A stretch of 45,502 bases of DNA from Candidatus Hodarchaeota archaeon (GTDB lineage: Archaea > Asgardarchaeota > Heimdallarchaeia > Hodarchaeales > Hodarchaeaceae): positions 1-45,502 of the forward strand of contig JAHQWW010000024.1 of the NCBI GenBank assembly GCA_029856365.1. The letters are read 5' to 3'. Each line of letters starts with the position of its first letter. Position 1 is the stretch's first letter. A program made the position numbers and the translations under genes. Below, one piece after another: positions 1 to 9,314 of this stretch. The notes beneath the pieces are model-generated. The model did no database searches and was not told the DNA's origin. It was given only the letters and a program-made list of their open reading frames with translations.

Positions 1-2651
1 TCCAGTTTTATATCTTGAAAAAATCCATCTATTCCCAAGGGGACTTTAAAAAGTTGACTTAATTCCTTCGCGCTAGATGAATTCACAAGTGGAGTGGTTA
101 ATAATATTAAATCAGCTGGATAAGAATAATCTTCTCCCGTAAATATGTTATGGAATGATATAGTGATTCCAGATTCACTAATTACTACATTGGGTTTGTT
201 TTCCTCTTTATAACGTATGAAATACACCTGTGGAAGTTTTCGTACCTCACTATAATATTCTTCAGCAATTTTTTCAACTAATCGAATATCTTGATGCAGA
301 ATGTGAATATGAGCATTAGGATAGACTTCACTTAATCTTCGTGCAGTTTTTAAAATAGCTGCGCATCCAACTCTGCAACAATACGTACGGTTGCTTTTTT
401 CTTTCTCTTTCGATCCCACGCAGCTTATCAGAAATATGTTGGTAACATCTTTCGGTAATTTCTTCTTCTTAAGTGCTTGTTCAAATTCTAGTAAAGTCAG
501 TATGTTCTTATGGCGAGAATAGCCATAATATCCAACTGGTTTGAATTCCTCACCACCAGTCGCAATAATAACAGTTCCAACGTTGATTTTTTTGCTATCA
601 TCACCTGAAAGGATAATTTCAAAATTTCCGACATATCCCCCAACATTTTCAACAGTTGTACTAAGATATACATGAATTTTTGGATTATTGGATATACTAT
701 TAATCTTCTCTTTCAGAATATCTCCAGCAAATTGATCTGTAGGAAATAATGTCATCATTGTACGTAAAAGGCCTCCCAAGTTCTTCTTCTTTTCCACTAA
801 ATGAACATCAAACCCCATATTTGCAAGATCGTCAGCAGCAGTTAGTCCTGCAATTCCTCCACCGATAATTAGTGCTTCTGGAATCACTTTGAGTTGTTTT
901 CTTACAGATGGTTCTAATAAACGGGCTTTTGCCACTGCCATAGCTGTAAGATCTTTGGCTTTATCAGTAGCATTTTCCCGCTCGTGTGAATGGACCCAGG
1001 AACATTGGTCGCGGATATTTGCCATCTCAAAGAGAGATTCATTCAAACCTGCTTCTTTGCAGGTTGTTCGAAAAAGGGATTCATGCGTTCTCGGAGAACA
1101 TGACGCAACAACAATCCGGTTTAGATTATAATCTTGAATAGCCTTTTTTATCAGAGTCTGAGTAGCTTCTGAACAGGTAAAAAGGTTATTTGTGGCGAAT
1201 TTAACATTGAGTAGGCTTTTTGCATATTTGGTTACGCTTTCCACATCAAGATAGCCGCCAATATTATGCCCACAATGACAAATAAAAACTCCAATTCGTG
1301 GTTCCTCATCCCTTATATCTTGTAATATAATAGATGTTTCCTTGACTACTTCTTTATCAACTTCGAAGTTATTTTTAGCTATTATAGCTAAAGCTTTCGA
1401 TGCAGCACCGCTTGCTTGAGAAACAGAATCTGGAATATCTCTTGGACCAGAACTACACCCACAGAGGTAGATACCATCAACTGAAGCTTCTAGTGGTGAT
1501 GATATGGCTTTTTCTTTAAAAAAACCATATTTATCAAGTTCTACTCCTAGGATCTCTGCTAATTTTTTATTGCTTTCTGGGGCTTTAATAGCAGAGGATA
1601 AAACTACTAAATCTACGTTTAGCTCAGCAGCCTTTGCAGAAATAATATCTTCATAATATATGACTAAATTATTGTTATTTGTTTCATTAATTTCCGCTGG
1701 ACGACTTTTTATATAATTGATCCCAGTATCATGTTTTCCTCTCTGATAATATTCTTCAAAGCCTTTTCCATATGCTCGTAGATCCATATAGAAAATATAG
1801 GGATTAATTTCAGAATGATGTTCTTTAGCTATCATTGCTTGTTTAGTTGCCCACATACAACATACACGAGAACAATATGGTTGATTTATTGTAACATCAC
1901 GAGAACCTACGCATTGAATCCAAGCAATGGTCTTTGGTATCTTTCCGTCCGAAAGTCGGCGAACTTGCCCTTCTGTTGGTCCTGATGCAGAAAGCAATCG
2001 TTCAAATTGCATTCCTGTAATAATATTAGGATAAATGCCATATCCTAAATTCCTCTTTACTTTAGGGTCAAATTCTTCAAATCCTGTAGCTAATATGATT
2101 GCAAATACCTTGATTTTACGAATTTTTGGTTTATCATTACGATTTATTGCACCTGGAACACATACTAATTCACATAATCCACAATTAAGGCAATAATCCA
2201 TATCAATTGTGGCAACATTCGGGACTGCTTGCGCAAAATAACGATAAATAGCGCCCCTAAGACCCAAATTATGATCAAATTCATTTAAAACCTTAACTGG
2301 ACAAACTTCAAAACAATCCCCACAACCAGAACATTTTGACGTGTCAATGTAACGTGGTTTTTCTTCTATAGTGACTGTAAAGTTACCTATTGTTCCCTCC
2401 ACCTTAGTGATATTAGCATAAGTGATTATTTCAATCTGCTCATTCCGTCCAACTTCAACCATTTTGGGAGCTTCAATGCATATCGCACAATCATTTGTAG
2501 GGAGAGTTTTATCAAGTTTTGCCATCGCTCCTCCAATTGCTGGTGCATAATCAACTAGATATACTTGGATCTTCTGGTTAGCAATATCGAGTGCAGCTTG
2601 CATACCTGCTATCCCTCCGCCAATAACTAGAACTCCATTAATCGCATTCAT
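1..2651 (-). CDS. hdrA: HdrA-like FAD/Fe-S protein (CoB-CoM heterodisulfide reductase subunit A family, double-module type); 3' end runs off the window
   Basis: Not in the ORF track because it has no stop inside the window. Manual translation from ATG at 2651 is open to position 1 (~883 codons): VLVIGGGIAGMQAALDIA, LDKTLPTNDCAICIEAPKM, ferredoxin motifs CSGCGDCFEVCP and CLNCGLCELVC, CVGSRD..YCSRVCCM, GCSSGPRDIPDSV; then a second module RIGVFICHCGHNIGG..VVASCSPRTHE..NIRDQCSWVH, ALIIGGGIAG, CVGSK..YCCRVGC. Confidence 0.92.
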   Translation of the reverse strand, partial: MNAINGVLVIGGGIAGMQAALDIANQKIQVYLVDYAPAIGGAMAKLDKTLPTNDCAICIEAPKMVEVGRNEQIEIITYANITKVEGTIGNFTVTIEEKPRYIDTSKCSGCGDCFEVCPVKVLNEFDHNLGLRGAIYRYFAQAVPNVATIDMDYCLNCGLCELVCVPGAINRNDKPKIRKIKVFAIILATGFEEFDPKVKRNLGYGIYPNIITGMQFERLLSASGPTEGQVRRLSDGKIPKTIAWIQCVGSRDVTINQPYCSRVCCMWATKQAMIAKEHHSEINPYIFYMDLRAYGKGFEEYYQRGKHDTGINYIKSRPAEINETNNNNLVIYYEDIISAKAAELNVDLVVLSSAIKAPESNKKLAEILGVELDKYGFFKEKAISSPLEASVDGIYLCGCSSGPRDIPDSVSQASGAASKALAIIAKNNFEVDKEVVKETSIILQDIRDEEPRIGVFICHCGHNIGGYLDVESVTKYAKSLLNVKFATNNLFTCSEATQTLIKKAIQDYNLNRIVVASCSPRTHESLFRTTCKEAGLNESLFEMANIRDQCSWVHSHERENATDKAKDLTAMAVAKARLLEPSVRKQLKVIPEALIIGGGIAGLTAADDLANMGFDVHLVEKKKNLGGLLRTMMTLFPTDQFAGDILKEKINSISNNPKIHVYLSTTVENVGGYVGNFEIILSGDDSKKINVGTVIIATGGEEFKPVGYYGYSRHKNILTLLEFEQALKKKKLPKDVTNIFLISCVGSKEKEKSNRTYCCRVGCAAILKTARRLSEVYPNAHIHILHQDIRLVEKIAEEYYSEVRKLPQVYFIRYKEENKPNVVISESGITISFHNIFTGEDYSYPADLILLTTPLVNSSSAKELSQLFKVPLGIDGFFQDIKL

Positions 2652-2743
2652 TTTCTCGACACTTTTTTTTGTAACAGAATCTAGTATCTCTGGTATTTTT
2701 AATATATTAACTTGAAAAAAGCTTAAGGATAAATTTAATTGGT

Positions 2744-3151
2744 TTAGATAACTTCTTTTCCATCTCTGACAATTTTAATGACCTGTTTTGCTACATATTG
2801 GGGATTAAATCTGTTTTTTGCAATTTTTACCCCTCTTTTATGCCGTATGATAGGAAAAATATCTGAAAAATTCTGATAGATGGGTATAATCTCTAATCCT
2901 GAATTAAAAGCTAAATTGACTTCTTCACACATATCTAAGATGTCTCGTGCTTCTTTTGAACAGAAAAAAATACACACATCAATCATGTTATTGGAGAAAT
3001 TAAGACACTTACAAAGGCTGTCTTTACTCCTATTAGTTTCACACAAAATAATTCTATCAAAATCCGAATATGTTTTGATTTCTTCAACGAAATCAGGAAC
3101 TTTCAAACTTTGCTTATCATTTTCACTATAACTAATAAATAGATTAAACAT
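2744..3151 (-). CDS. Stand-alone TIR-domain protein (TIR_2-like), Cys-rich
   Basis: LFISYSEND (betaA), VCIFFCSKEA (betaC), DMCEEVNLA (alphaC, Glu77 twelve residues after Ser65), IIPIY (betaD); 135 aa; 6 Cys. Confidence 0.7.
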   Translation of the reverse strand: MFNLFISYSENDKQSLKVPDFVEEIKTYSDFDRIILCETNRSKDSLCKCLNFSNNMIDVCIFFCSKEARDILDMCEEVNLAFNSGLEIIPIYQNFSDIFPIIRHKRGVKIAKNRFNPQYVAKQVIKIVRDGKEVI

Positions 3152-3163
3152 TTTTTTTTCTTC

Positions 3164-4396
3164 CTATGATTCATCCTCTAAAGCGTCTAAGACTCTCTGT
3201 TGAGCAATTTCTTTAGCTATTATTCGTGGAATAAGGCCAGAATCAATTGTTTTTTCACTAATTAATTTAACATTCTTCTTGATTTTTGACTCAATTAATA
3301 CAAAAGCTTCTGTTGCATCCATCTTTTTATATTCGGCAAAAGAGCCAATAATCCCTCCAGCATTGACTAGAATATCAGGGAGAATAATAATACCTTTTTC
3401 AAACAATTTTCTTTCAGCAACAGTGGTTGAACTATTATTAGCTCCTTCAACAATAAGTTTTGTTTTAAGTTGAGAAATTGTATCCTCATTTATTGCACAA
3501 TCATATGCACAGGGAATAAATACATCACATTCTATTTCATAGATCTCGTCTCTAGGTAAGATCATACCTTCTCTAGAACGTTTTAAAGAACGTTCTTTAC
3601 TCATGGCATATGCAAATTCTCTAATCTTTGTAATATCTATACCATCTGAATTATAGAGGGTTCCCCAGTTATCATTTACAGCGATTATAATTGCTCCTTT
3701 GCTATTCAAATATTTAGCAGTTCCATAACCTACCTTACCAAAACCTTGGATCACTATGCGTGTTTCGGATAAACAATTAGGACATCGAATTGAATCCTGT
3801 AAAACTTGAAGGCTTGTTTCAAGAGCTACTCCAATTCCGAATCCAGCCATATCATTCTTATAAGCTATTCCTCCAAGGTCAGTTGGTTTTCCAGTGGCTC
3901 CCAGCAGGTCACCAACCGTTTCAACAAAAGCTGCAATCTCTTTTTCACCAACATTTATGTCTGGACCAGCTATATATTTATTAGGAATAAAAGGTGCTAT
4001 TTTATCAGCAAAAGCTTTAATATACTTAATTGTATCAATTTCAAACGGATTTGCACGAATACCAGCTTGAGCTCCCCCAAAAGGGATTTCTGCCAGAGCG
4101 CACTTCCATGTCATTAATCTAGCAAGTTTAAAAATCCCTAAAGGAGTAATATTAGGAGAAATTCTAATTCCTCCCTTCCCTGGCCCTAATGTAGTATTAT
4201 CTATTATTAAGTACCCTTGCATCTGTATATCAGGGTCATAGACTTGAACTACCCTTTCAGGCCCCCACTTATCTAGAAAAGCTGAAATATTAACATGATT
4301 TAAGGCCTCAAGAATATTTTCAGTGCTTAGTACTGTTTTTTCATCCTGAGAAGACATTCTTGCCCTATCCGTGAACTTTAAGCCATCTAGATTCAA
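3164..4396 (-). CDS. Glu/Leu/Phe/Val dehydrogenase family protein with the catalytic Lys replaced by Gln (start may be ATG at 4357)
   Basis: GPGKGGIR, MTWKCA, PFGGAQAGI (canonical GGxKxG), AGPD, ATGKP, IQGFGKVG, VEGAN, PDILVNAGG. Confidence 0.9.
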   Translation of the reverse strand: MNLDGLKFTDRARMSSQDEKTVLSTENILEALNHVNISAFLDKWGPERVVQVYDPDIQMQGYLIIDNTTLGPGKGGIRISPNITPLGIFKLARLMTWKCALAEIPFGGAQAGIRANPFEIDTIKYIKAFADKIAPFIPNKYIAGPDINVGEKEIAAFVETVGDLLGATGKPTDLGGIAYKNDMAGFGIGVALETSLQVLQDSIRCPNCLSETRIVIQGFGKVGYGTAKYLNSKGAIIIAVNDNWGTLYNSDGIDITKIREFAYAMSKERSLKRSREGMILPRDEIYEIECDVFIPCAYDCAINEDTISQLKTKLIVEGANNSSTTVAERKLFEKGIIILPDILVNAGGIIGSFAEYKKMDATEAFVLIESKIKKNVKLISEKTIDSGLIPRIIAKEIAQQRVLDALEDES

Positions 4397-4483
4397 GAAT
4401 AATTAAAAAACAGAAATATAAAACATTTATGTACAAAATTAAAAATAAAGATCTAATAATTGATAATAAAGCAAAGGATAATA

Positions 4484-4636
4484 TATCAAAAATGACATTT
4501 TTTTGGCTGCTTTTTTATTTATATATTATAAAATATTGACTTAAGAAACACTTTTATTCGTAATTTTGACATATTTGATAAAAAAAAAAGAATTTTTATT
4601 CCAAAATGATTACATTTATATTTATCAATATTTACA
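4484..4636. promoter_or_regulatory. Three imperfect TATCA-W4-TGWCA-like boxes in the divergent promoter region (candidate operators)
   Basis: TATCA-AAAA-TGACA 4484-4497; TGACA-TATT-TGATA 4567-4580 (reverse orientation); TATCA-ATAT-TTACA 4623-4636. The very AT-rich background lowers significance. Confidence 0.3.
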
Positions 4637-4665
4637 CTATAAGTTGATCAACAAATAAAATTTGG

Positions 4666-5748
4666 ATGGTCTCGTATTTCATGAAAAAGATTCTTGAAGA
4701 TCAATTAAACCTAAAAATCTTAGAATTAGTATGTAAAGGTGAGGGGGTCACTGTCAATAATACTGAGCTATCAAAAATCTTAGGTAAACATAGAAATACA
4801 ATAAAAAACAATATTGATAAGTTATTCGAACACGAAATTATAGAAAAGCCTTTCTATCCTTTTTCTCATCTTTTTAAGGAATGTCCTCTTCTTGTCATTG
4901 AAAAAGCAAATTTTCAAAGAAACTTGAAAACAAATGTTTTTATTGAAAAGGATCCAGTTATATGGGCAGCTTTTTTTGTGAAGGAAAATGAATACAACAC
5001 ATTTCTAATTGAATTTCATAAGGATTTATATTCTTATCAAAACTGGAAAGAAAGTATAATCAAAGAGGCAAAGATTACTCTCAAGGAGGAAATTTATCCA
5101 TCTGAGGCAATTTATTTAACCATGAGAAATTTAATTAAGTATGACCCCACAATCGCAGTGCAAATATTAGAAGCTAATTATAAGAATCATCATCATCCAG
5201 AGCTAAATGGCTTAAGGATTAATGATTTTAGACTTCAACTTATTAAACTTCTTTTATCTGGGAAAGGCATTAGAACTAATGAGTATCACATAAGTGATAT
5301 GCTTAATGTTCATCGTCGCACTGTTAAACGTCGGATTGAAATATTGTTGGAGCATAGAATAATTGATAATCCAGTTTGTTGCTTCCCGCGAGTTTGGGTG
5401 CCACCAAAATATTTTTTGGTCTTTTCTTTATTTGAAATCAAAAATAAGAATGAGTTGGTATTGAGAACATTAAGGAATGATCCCCATGTTCCAATTCTTT
5501 TTAGAGCTGTTGTAGATAAATTTAATCTTGCTCTCTTTAGCAATTTTTACAAAATGGAAGATTTTCTGGAATGGGCAGAAGAATATGATCAAAGATTTCC
5601 TGGATGCATTGGAGCAGTGAGAAATACATTTCTTTCTCCCTCCATGACTTTCTCTATTGCCCATAATTATGTTACTCTCACCTTTATTCAAAATATTGCT
5701 AATCGTTTACGAGGTAAAGTATTTGTTGAAATGATGAAAGAAAGCTAA
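4666..5748 (+). CDS. Transcriptional regulator with two tandem wHTH + Lrp/AsnC-like effector-domain units
   Basis: Internal repeat: LNLKILELVCKGEGVTVNNTELSKILGKHRNTIKNNIDKLFEHEIIEKP vs FRLQLIKLLLSGKGIRTNEYHISDMLNVHRRTVKRRIEILLEHRIIDNP, each followed by an alpha/beta segment. Confidence 0.7.
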   Translation: MVSYFMKKILEDQLNLKILELVCKGEGVTVNNTELSKILGKHRNTIKNNIDKLFEHEIIEKPFYPFSHLFKECPLLVIEKANFQRNLKTNVFIEKDPVIWAAFFVKENEYNTFLIEFHKDLYSYQNWKESIIKEAKITLKEEIYPSEAIYLTMRNLIKYDPTIAVQILEANYKNHHHPELNGLRINDFRLQLIKLLLSGKGIRTNEYHISDMLNVHRRTVKRRIEILLEHRIIDNPVCCFPRVWVPPKYFLVFSLFEIKNKNELVLRTLRNDPHVPILFRAVVDKFNLALFSNFYKMEDFLEWAEEYDQRFPGCIGAVRNTFLSPSMTFSIAHNYVTLTFIQNIANRLRGKVFVEMMKES

Positions 5749-5847
5749 TTATTTTGTAATTTTTTAATTCATAAAGAACCAATTATCTAGCTTTGATGAA
5801 TTTTCGTCTTTGAATATTTAATATTAATAGCCAGTAATTAACACCAG

Positions 5848-8800
5848 TCATTTTTGAATACTAATTGTTATTCCTCTAATATTTTCATGAGGATCTTGAA
5901 TTTTCCAGTCTTTTGTAAAACCTTCTTGCACTGATTTAAATTCTAATTTTCTCCCTAAAACCTCTTCTTTAATTAATGATGAATAATTATTGATGATTTC
6001 AATGATTTCTGGATCAGTATTCGAAACATTTACTGTTATCTCAGCATTATATTCAAGTCCCATATCTTTTCGCATTGATTGGATTCGTCGAATCAAGTCT
6101 CGTACGAACCCTTCATGAATCAAATCCTCAGTTAATTCTAAGTTTAAGAAAAGATCACCATGACTAAAAGAAGTCCCACTAAATCCCTCTCGCTCTGTAA
6201 TTCTGATTTCAAGATCATCCTTATGAATTTCAAAAGGATTTTCATCAATGGTTATCTGATAGTTTCCATCTTGTGCTATTTTTTCAGCAATTTCTTTTGT
6301 TATTTGGCCCTTTTGGTTTCTCATCCAGTTTGCGATAGCATTGGCGTTCTTTTTGAATTTTGGTCCGAGCTGTTTATAATTAGGGGAGAAAATAATTTCT
6401 TGAAATTCCAAGGGGTCATCTGTGAATTTCATGTCCTTAACATTGAGCTCTTGAAGAATTAGATCTTTTAGTGTATTAAGAGCTTCATTTCCTTCCGCAT
6501 TAGTAACAAAAATAACTTGTGGTAAAGGCCAACGAGCCTTCAAACCTTTTTGGGCACGAATAGCACGACCATTCGTAATTGCATCCCGTGTAATTTTGAC
6601 CAAACTCTCAGTTTTAGGATCAATCAAGGTCTCATTTGGTTCTGGTAAACTTTCTAGATGAACACTCTCTAATCCAAGTCCTTGACTAGTAACAAGGACT
6701 TGATACATTTTTTCACTAAAAAAAGGCAGAATTGGAGCAAGAGTCTTCGTTAATGAGTAGAGGATTTCATAGAGGGTAGAGTAAGCAGATTTCTTGGATA
6801 AGCTTAGTTCTTTCTCCCAAAATCGACGACGAGATTGTCGAATCCACAAATTTGAGAGATCACTATTCAGAAATGTCTGTAGTGTTTTGGTCACTAGATG
6901 AATTGATAAATCATCAAAACCCTTGTGAACGTCTTTAAGTACACTATTGTATCGTGAAAGAATCCACTGATCTAAAATAGGGCGATCCGTTGGAGAAATG
7001 TGATATTTTTTATCTTCTGGTGAATATTGATCAAGGTTAGCATAAGTTACAAAGAATAATAATACATTCCATAAGGGGAGGATGAATTCTTTCATACTCT
7101 CTTCTATGAGATTAAGTCCAAATCGAACATCATTCCATGTGGGAGTGCTGAACAGCATCCAGCGAGCGGGGTCAGCTCCAAATTTCTCAAAAACATCCTT
7201 CGGTGCAATAACATTGCCTTTTGACTTTGACATCTTCTTTCCCTCTTCATCTTGGGTATGACCCATCGTTAGACACGTTTTAAACGAAATATTATCGAAA
7301 ACAACGGTTGAAATAGCATGAAGCGAATAGAACCATCCCCGTGTTTGGTCAATAGCTTCAGTAATGAAATCAACTGGAAAATGAAGTTGAAATTCTTCCT
7401 TATTTTCAAATGGGTAATGCCATTGAGCAAAAGGAGCAGCTCCTGAATCATACCAACAATCAATGACATATTCTTCACGAGTAGATTTTGCGCTGCATGA
7501 GGGACATTTGACTACAATCTGATCAACATAGGGTTTATGGAGAGAAAAATCGTCAGGTAATCCTCCCTGAGTTAAATTATCAAGTTCTTCTCGACTGCCA
7601 ATAGCAAATTCATGTCCATTCTCACAGGTCCAAATAGGAAGAGGAGTACCCCAGTAACGAGAACGAGAGAGTGCCCAATCTTTAAGTTCATCAAGAAAAT
7701 TCCCAAATCGCCCATTTTTCAGATGTTTGGGCATCCAATGTATTTGTTGGTTCAATTCTTGGATGCGGTCCCGTAATTGGCTCATTCCGATGAACCATGA
7801 CTCCATAGCATAATAAAGTAACGGAGAATCACATCTCCAGCAAAAAGGATAGGTATGTGTGATTGTTTTCTCACGTAAGAGCTTATTTTCCTGGCGTAAC
7901 TTTTCCATGATATAGGGATCTGCTTCTTTAACATGCATACCTCCAAAGTCAGGTATGTCCTTTACAAAAGTACCATCTTCTAAGACTGGATGGAACATCT
8001 CTACTCCAATCTCTTGACAGAGTTCATAATCTTCAACACCAAAAGCAGGGGCACAATGAACGATACCTGTACCCTCATCCATTAAAACAAAGTCTGCATC
8101 AGTTACAAAGTGGGCTTTTCCTGATTTTTTCTCAGCCGTGTATGGGAATAGGGCTTCATATTCCATTCCAATTAGCTCTTCTCCCTTAAATTCTCGGATA
8201 ATTGGTTTTTCCTCTGGAAATATTGGAGATAACAATTTTTTAGCAAAGATTAGGAACTCATTATTATGTTCCACTTCAATGTAGGTTTCATTCTTGGCTA
8301 TTGCTAAAACTAAGTTCGATAACAGGGTCCAAGGAGTTGTTGTCCAAGCCAAAAAATAGCGATTTTCTTCTCCCTTGACTTTAAATTTGATATATATACT
8401 TGGATCTTGAGTTTCTTGATATCCTTGAGCGACTTCATGAGACGAGATCGGAGTACCACATCTGGTACAGTAAGGAATAACTTTATACCCTTTGAATAAG
8501 AGTTTTTTCTCATATATCTGTTTTAATGACCACCATACTGATTCAATGTACTCCTCTGACATGGTAATGTAAGATCTTGGCATATCAAGATGAAATCCAA
8601 TTCTAGTAGACATTTCCTCCCATTCATTAACATATCTTAATACAGATTCACGACATCTGGCATTGAATTTCTCAATACCATAAGCTTCAATATCCTCTTT
8701 TCCTTCCAATCCTAACTCTTTCTCTACTTCGATTTCGACAGGTAATCCGTGACAATCCCAGCCTCCAATTCGAGGAGTAATGTGATGGCCTGTCATAGAT

Positions 8801-9138
8801 TTATAACGTAAGAAAACATCTTTGATAGCGCGGGTCAGGGCATGCCCCATGTGCGGATGCCCATTGGCTGTTGGTGGGCCTTCAACAAAAACATAAGGAG
8901 TTCTTCCTCGTGATGCTTCTTGTACCTTTTTTTCGATATTATTTTTTTTCCAATAGTCAAAAATAGCCTCTTCTTGGTTTGGAAGATCAGGTATAGCAGA
9001 TAAAGTAGGAAATTTCACACTTAATGCCTCGATATGGCGAAAGTAGGAATAATACTTGTACATTTGCTCCCTAAAGAAATGGTAAAAAAACTTTAGGGTC
9101 AGTACTTGTTTAATAAGAATTATTTTATTCTTTATCAT
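5848..9138 (-). CDS. ileS: Isoleucine--tRNA ligase, archaeal/eukaryotic type (true start probably GTG at 9018)
   Basis: EGPPTANGHPHMGH, GWDCHGLPVE, WTTTPWTL, GTGIVHCAPAFG, DWALSRSRYWGTPLPIW, DQTRGWFYSL, KMSKS. Confidence 0.98.
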   Translation of the reverse strand: MIKNKIILIKQVLTLKFFYHFFREQMYKYYSYFRHIEALSVKFPTLSAIPDLPNQEEAIFDYWKKNNIEKKVQEASRGRTPYVFVEGPPTANGHPHMGHALTRAIKDVFLRYKSMTGHHITPRIGGWDCHGLPVEIEVEKELGLEGKEDIEAYGIEKFNARCRESVLRYVNEWEEMSTRIGFHLDMPRSYITMSEEYIESVWWSLKQIYEKKLLFKGYKVIPYCTRCGTPISSHEVAQGYQETQDPSIYIKFKVKGEENRYFLAWTTTPWTLLSNLVLAIAKNETYIEVEHNNEFLIFAKKLLSPIFPEEKPIIREFKGEELIGMEYEALFPYTAEKKSGKAHFVTDADFVLMDEGTGIVHCAPAFGVEDYELCQEIGVEMFHPVLEDGTFVKDIPDFGGMHVKEADPYIMEKLRQENKLLREKTITHTYPFCWRCDSPLLYYAMESWFIGMSQLRDRIQELNQQIHWMPKHLKNGRFGNFLDELKDWALSRSRYWGTPLPIWTCENGHEFAIGSREELDNLTQGGLPDDFSLHKPYVDQIVVKCPSCSAKSTREEYVIDCWYDSGAAPFAQWHYPFENKEEFQLHFPVDFITEAIDQTRGWFYSLHAISTVVFDNISFKTCLTMGHTQDEEGKKMSKSKGNVIAPKDVFEKFGADPARWMLFSTPTWNDVRFGLNLIEESMKEFILPLWNVLLFFVTYANLDQYSPEDKKYHISPTDRPILDQWILSRYNSVLKDVHKGFDDLSIHLVTKTLQTFLNSDLSNLWIRQSRRRFWEKELSLSKKSAYSTLYEILYSLTKTLAPILPFFSEKMYQVLVTSQGLGLESVHLESLPEPNETLIDPKTESLVKITRDAITNGRAIRAQKGLKARWPLPQVIFVTNAEGNEALNTLKDLILQELNVKDMKFTDDPLEFQEIIFSPNYKQLGPKFKKNANAIANWMRNQKGQITKEIAEKIAQDGNYQITIDENPFEIHKDDLEIRITEREGFSGTSFSHGDLFLNLELTEDLIHEGFVRDLIRRIQSMRKDMGLEYNAEITVNVSNTDPEIIEIINNYSSLIKEEVLGRKLEFKSVQEGFTKDWKIQDPHENIRGITISIQK

Positions 9139-9314
9139 TTGAACTTTTCTTAGAGAAATTAATCAATACCCTCAGTACCCTAAGCTCGATTAGCAAATAT
9201 TTTTCAAGTATCAAAGACCTTCCGTCTTTGAGTCAAATCAACTCTGCCAGAAAATCTGACCAATAGATTTTGTCTCCTTCAGAATGAAAACGGAGATTTT
9301 ATATACCTTGTTTC

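Noticed and set aside
1-2651. Selenocysteine-containing HdrA (known in some archaea, including some Asgards)
   Set aside because: No in-frame TGA in the visible frame; the relevant motif reads DCAICI with Cys codons
889-8513. Short ORFs 889-1131, 2880-3131, 3279-3473, 3790-4117, 5310-5691, 6160-6462, 7269-7478, 8310-8513
   Set aside because: Antisense or out-of-frame shadows of well-supported genes, with no motifs
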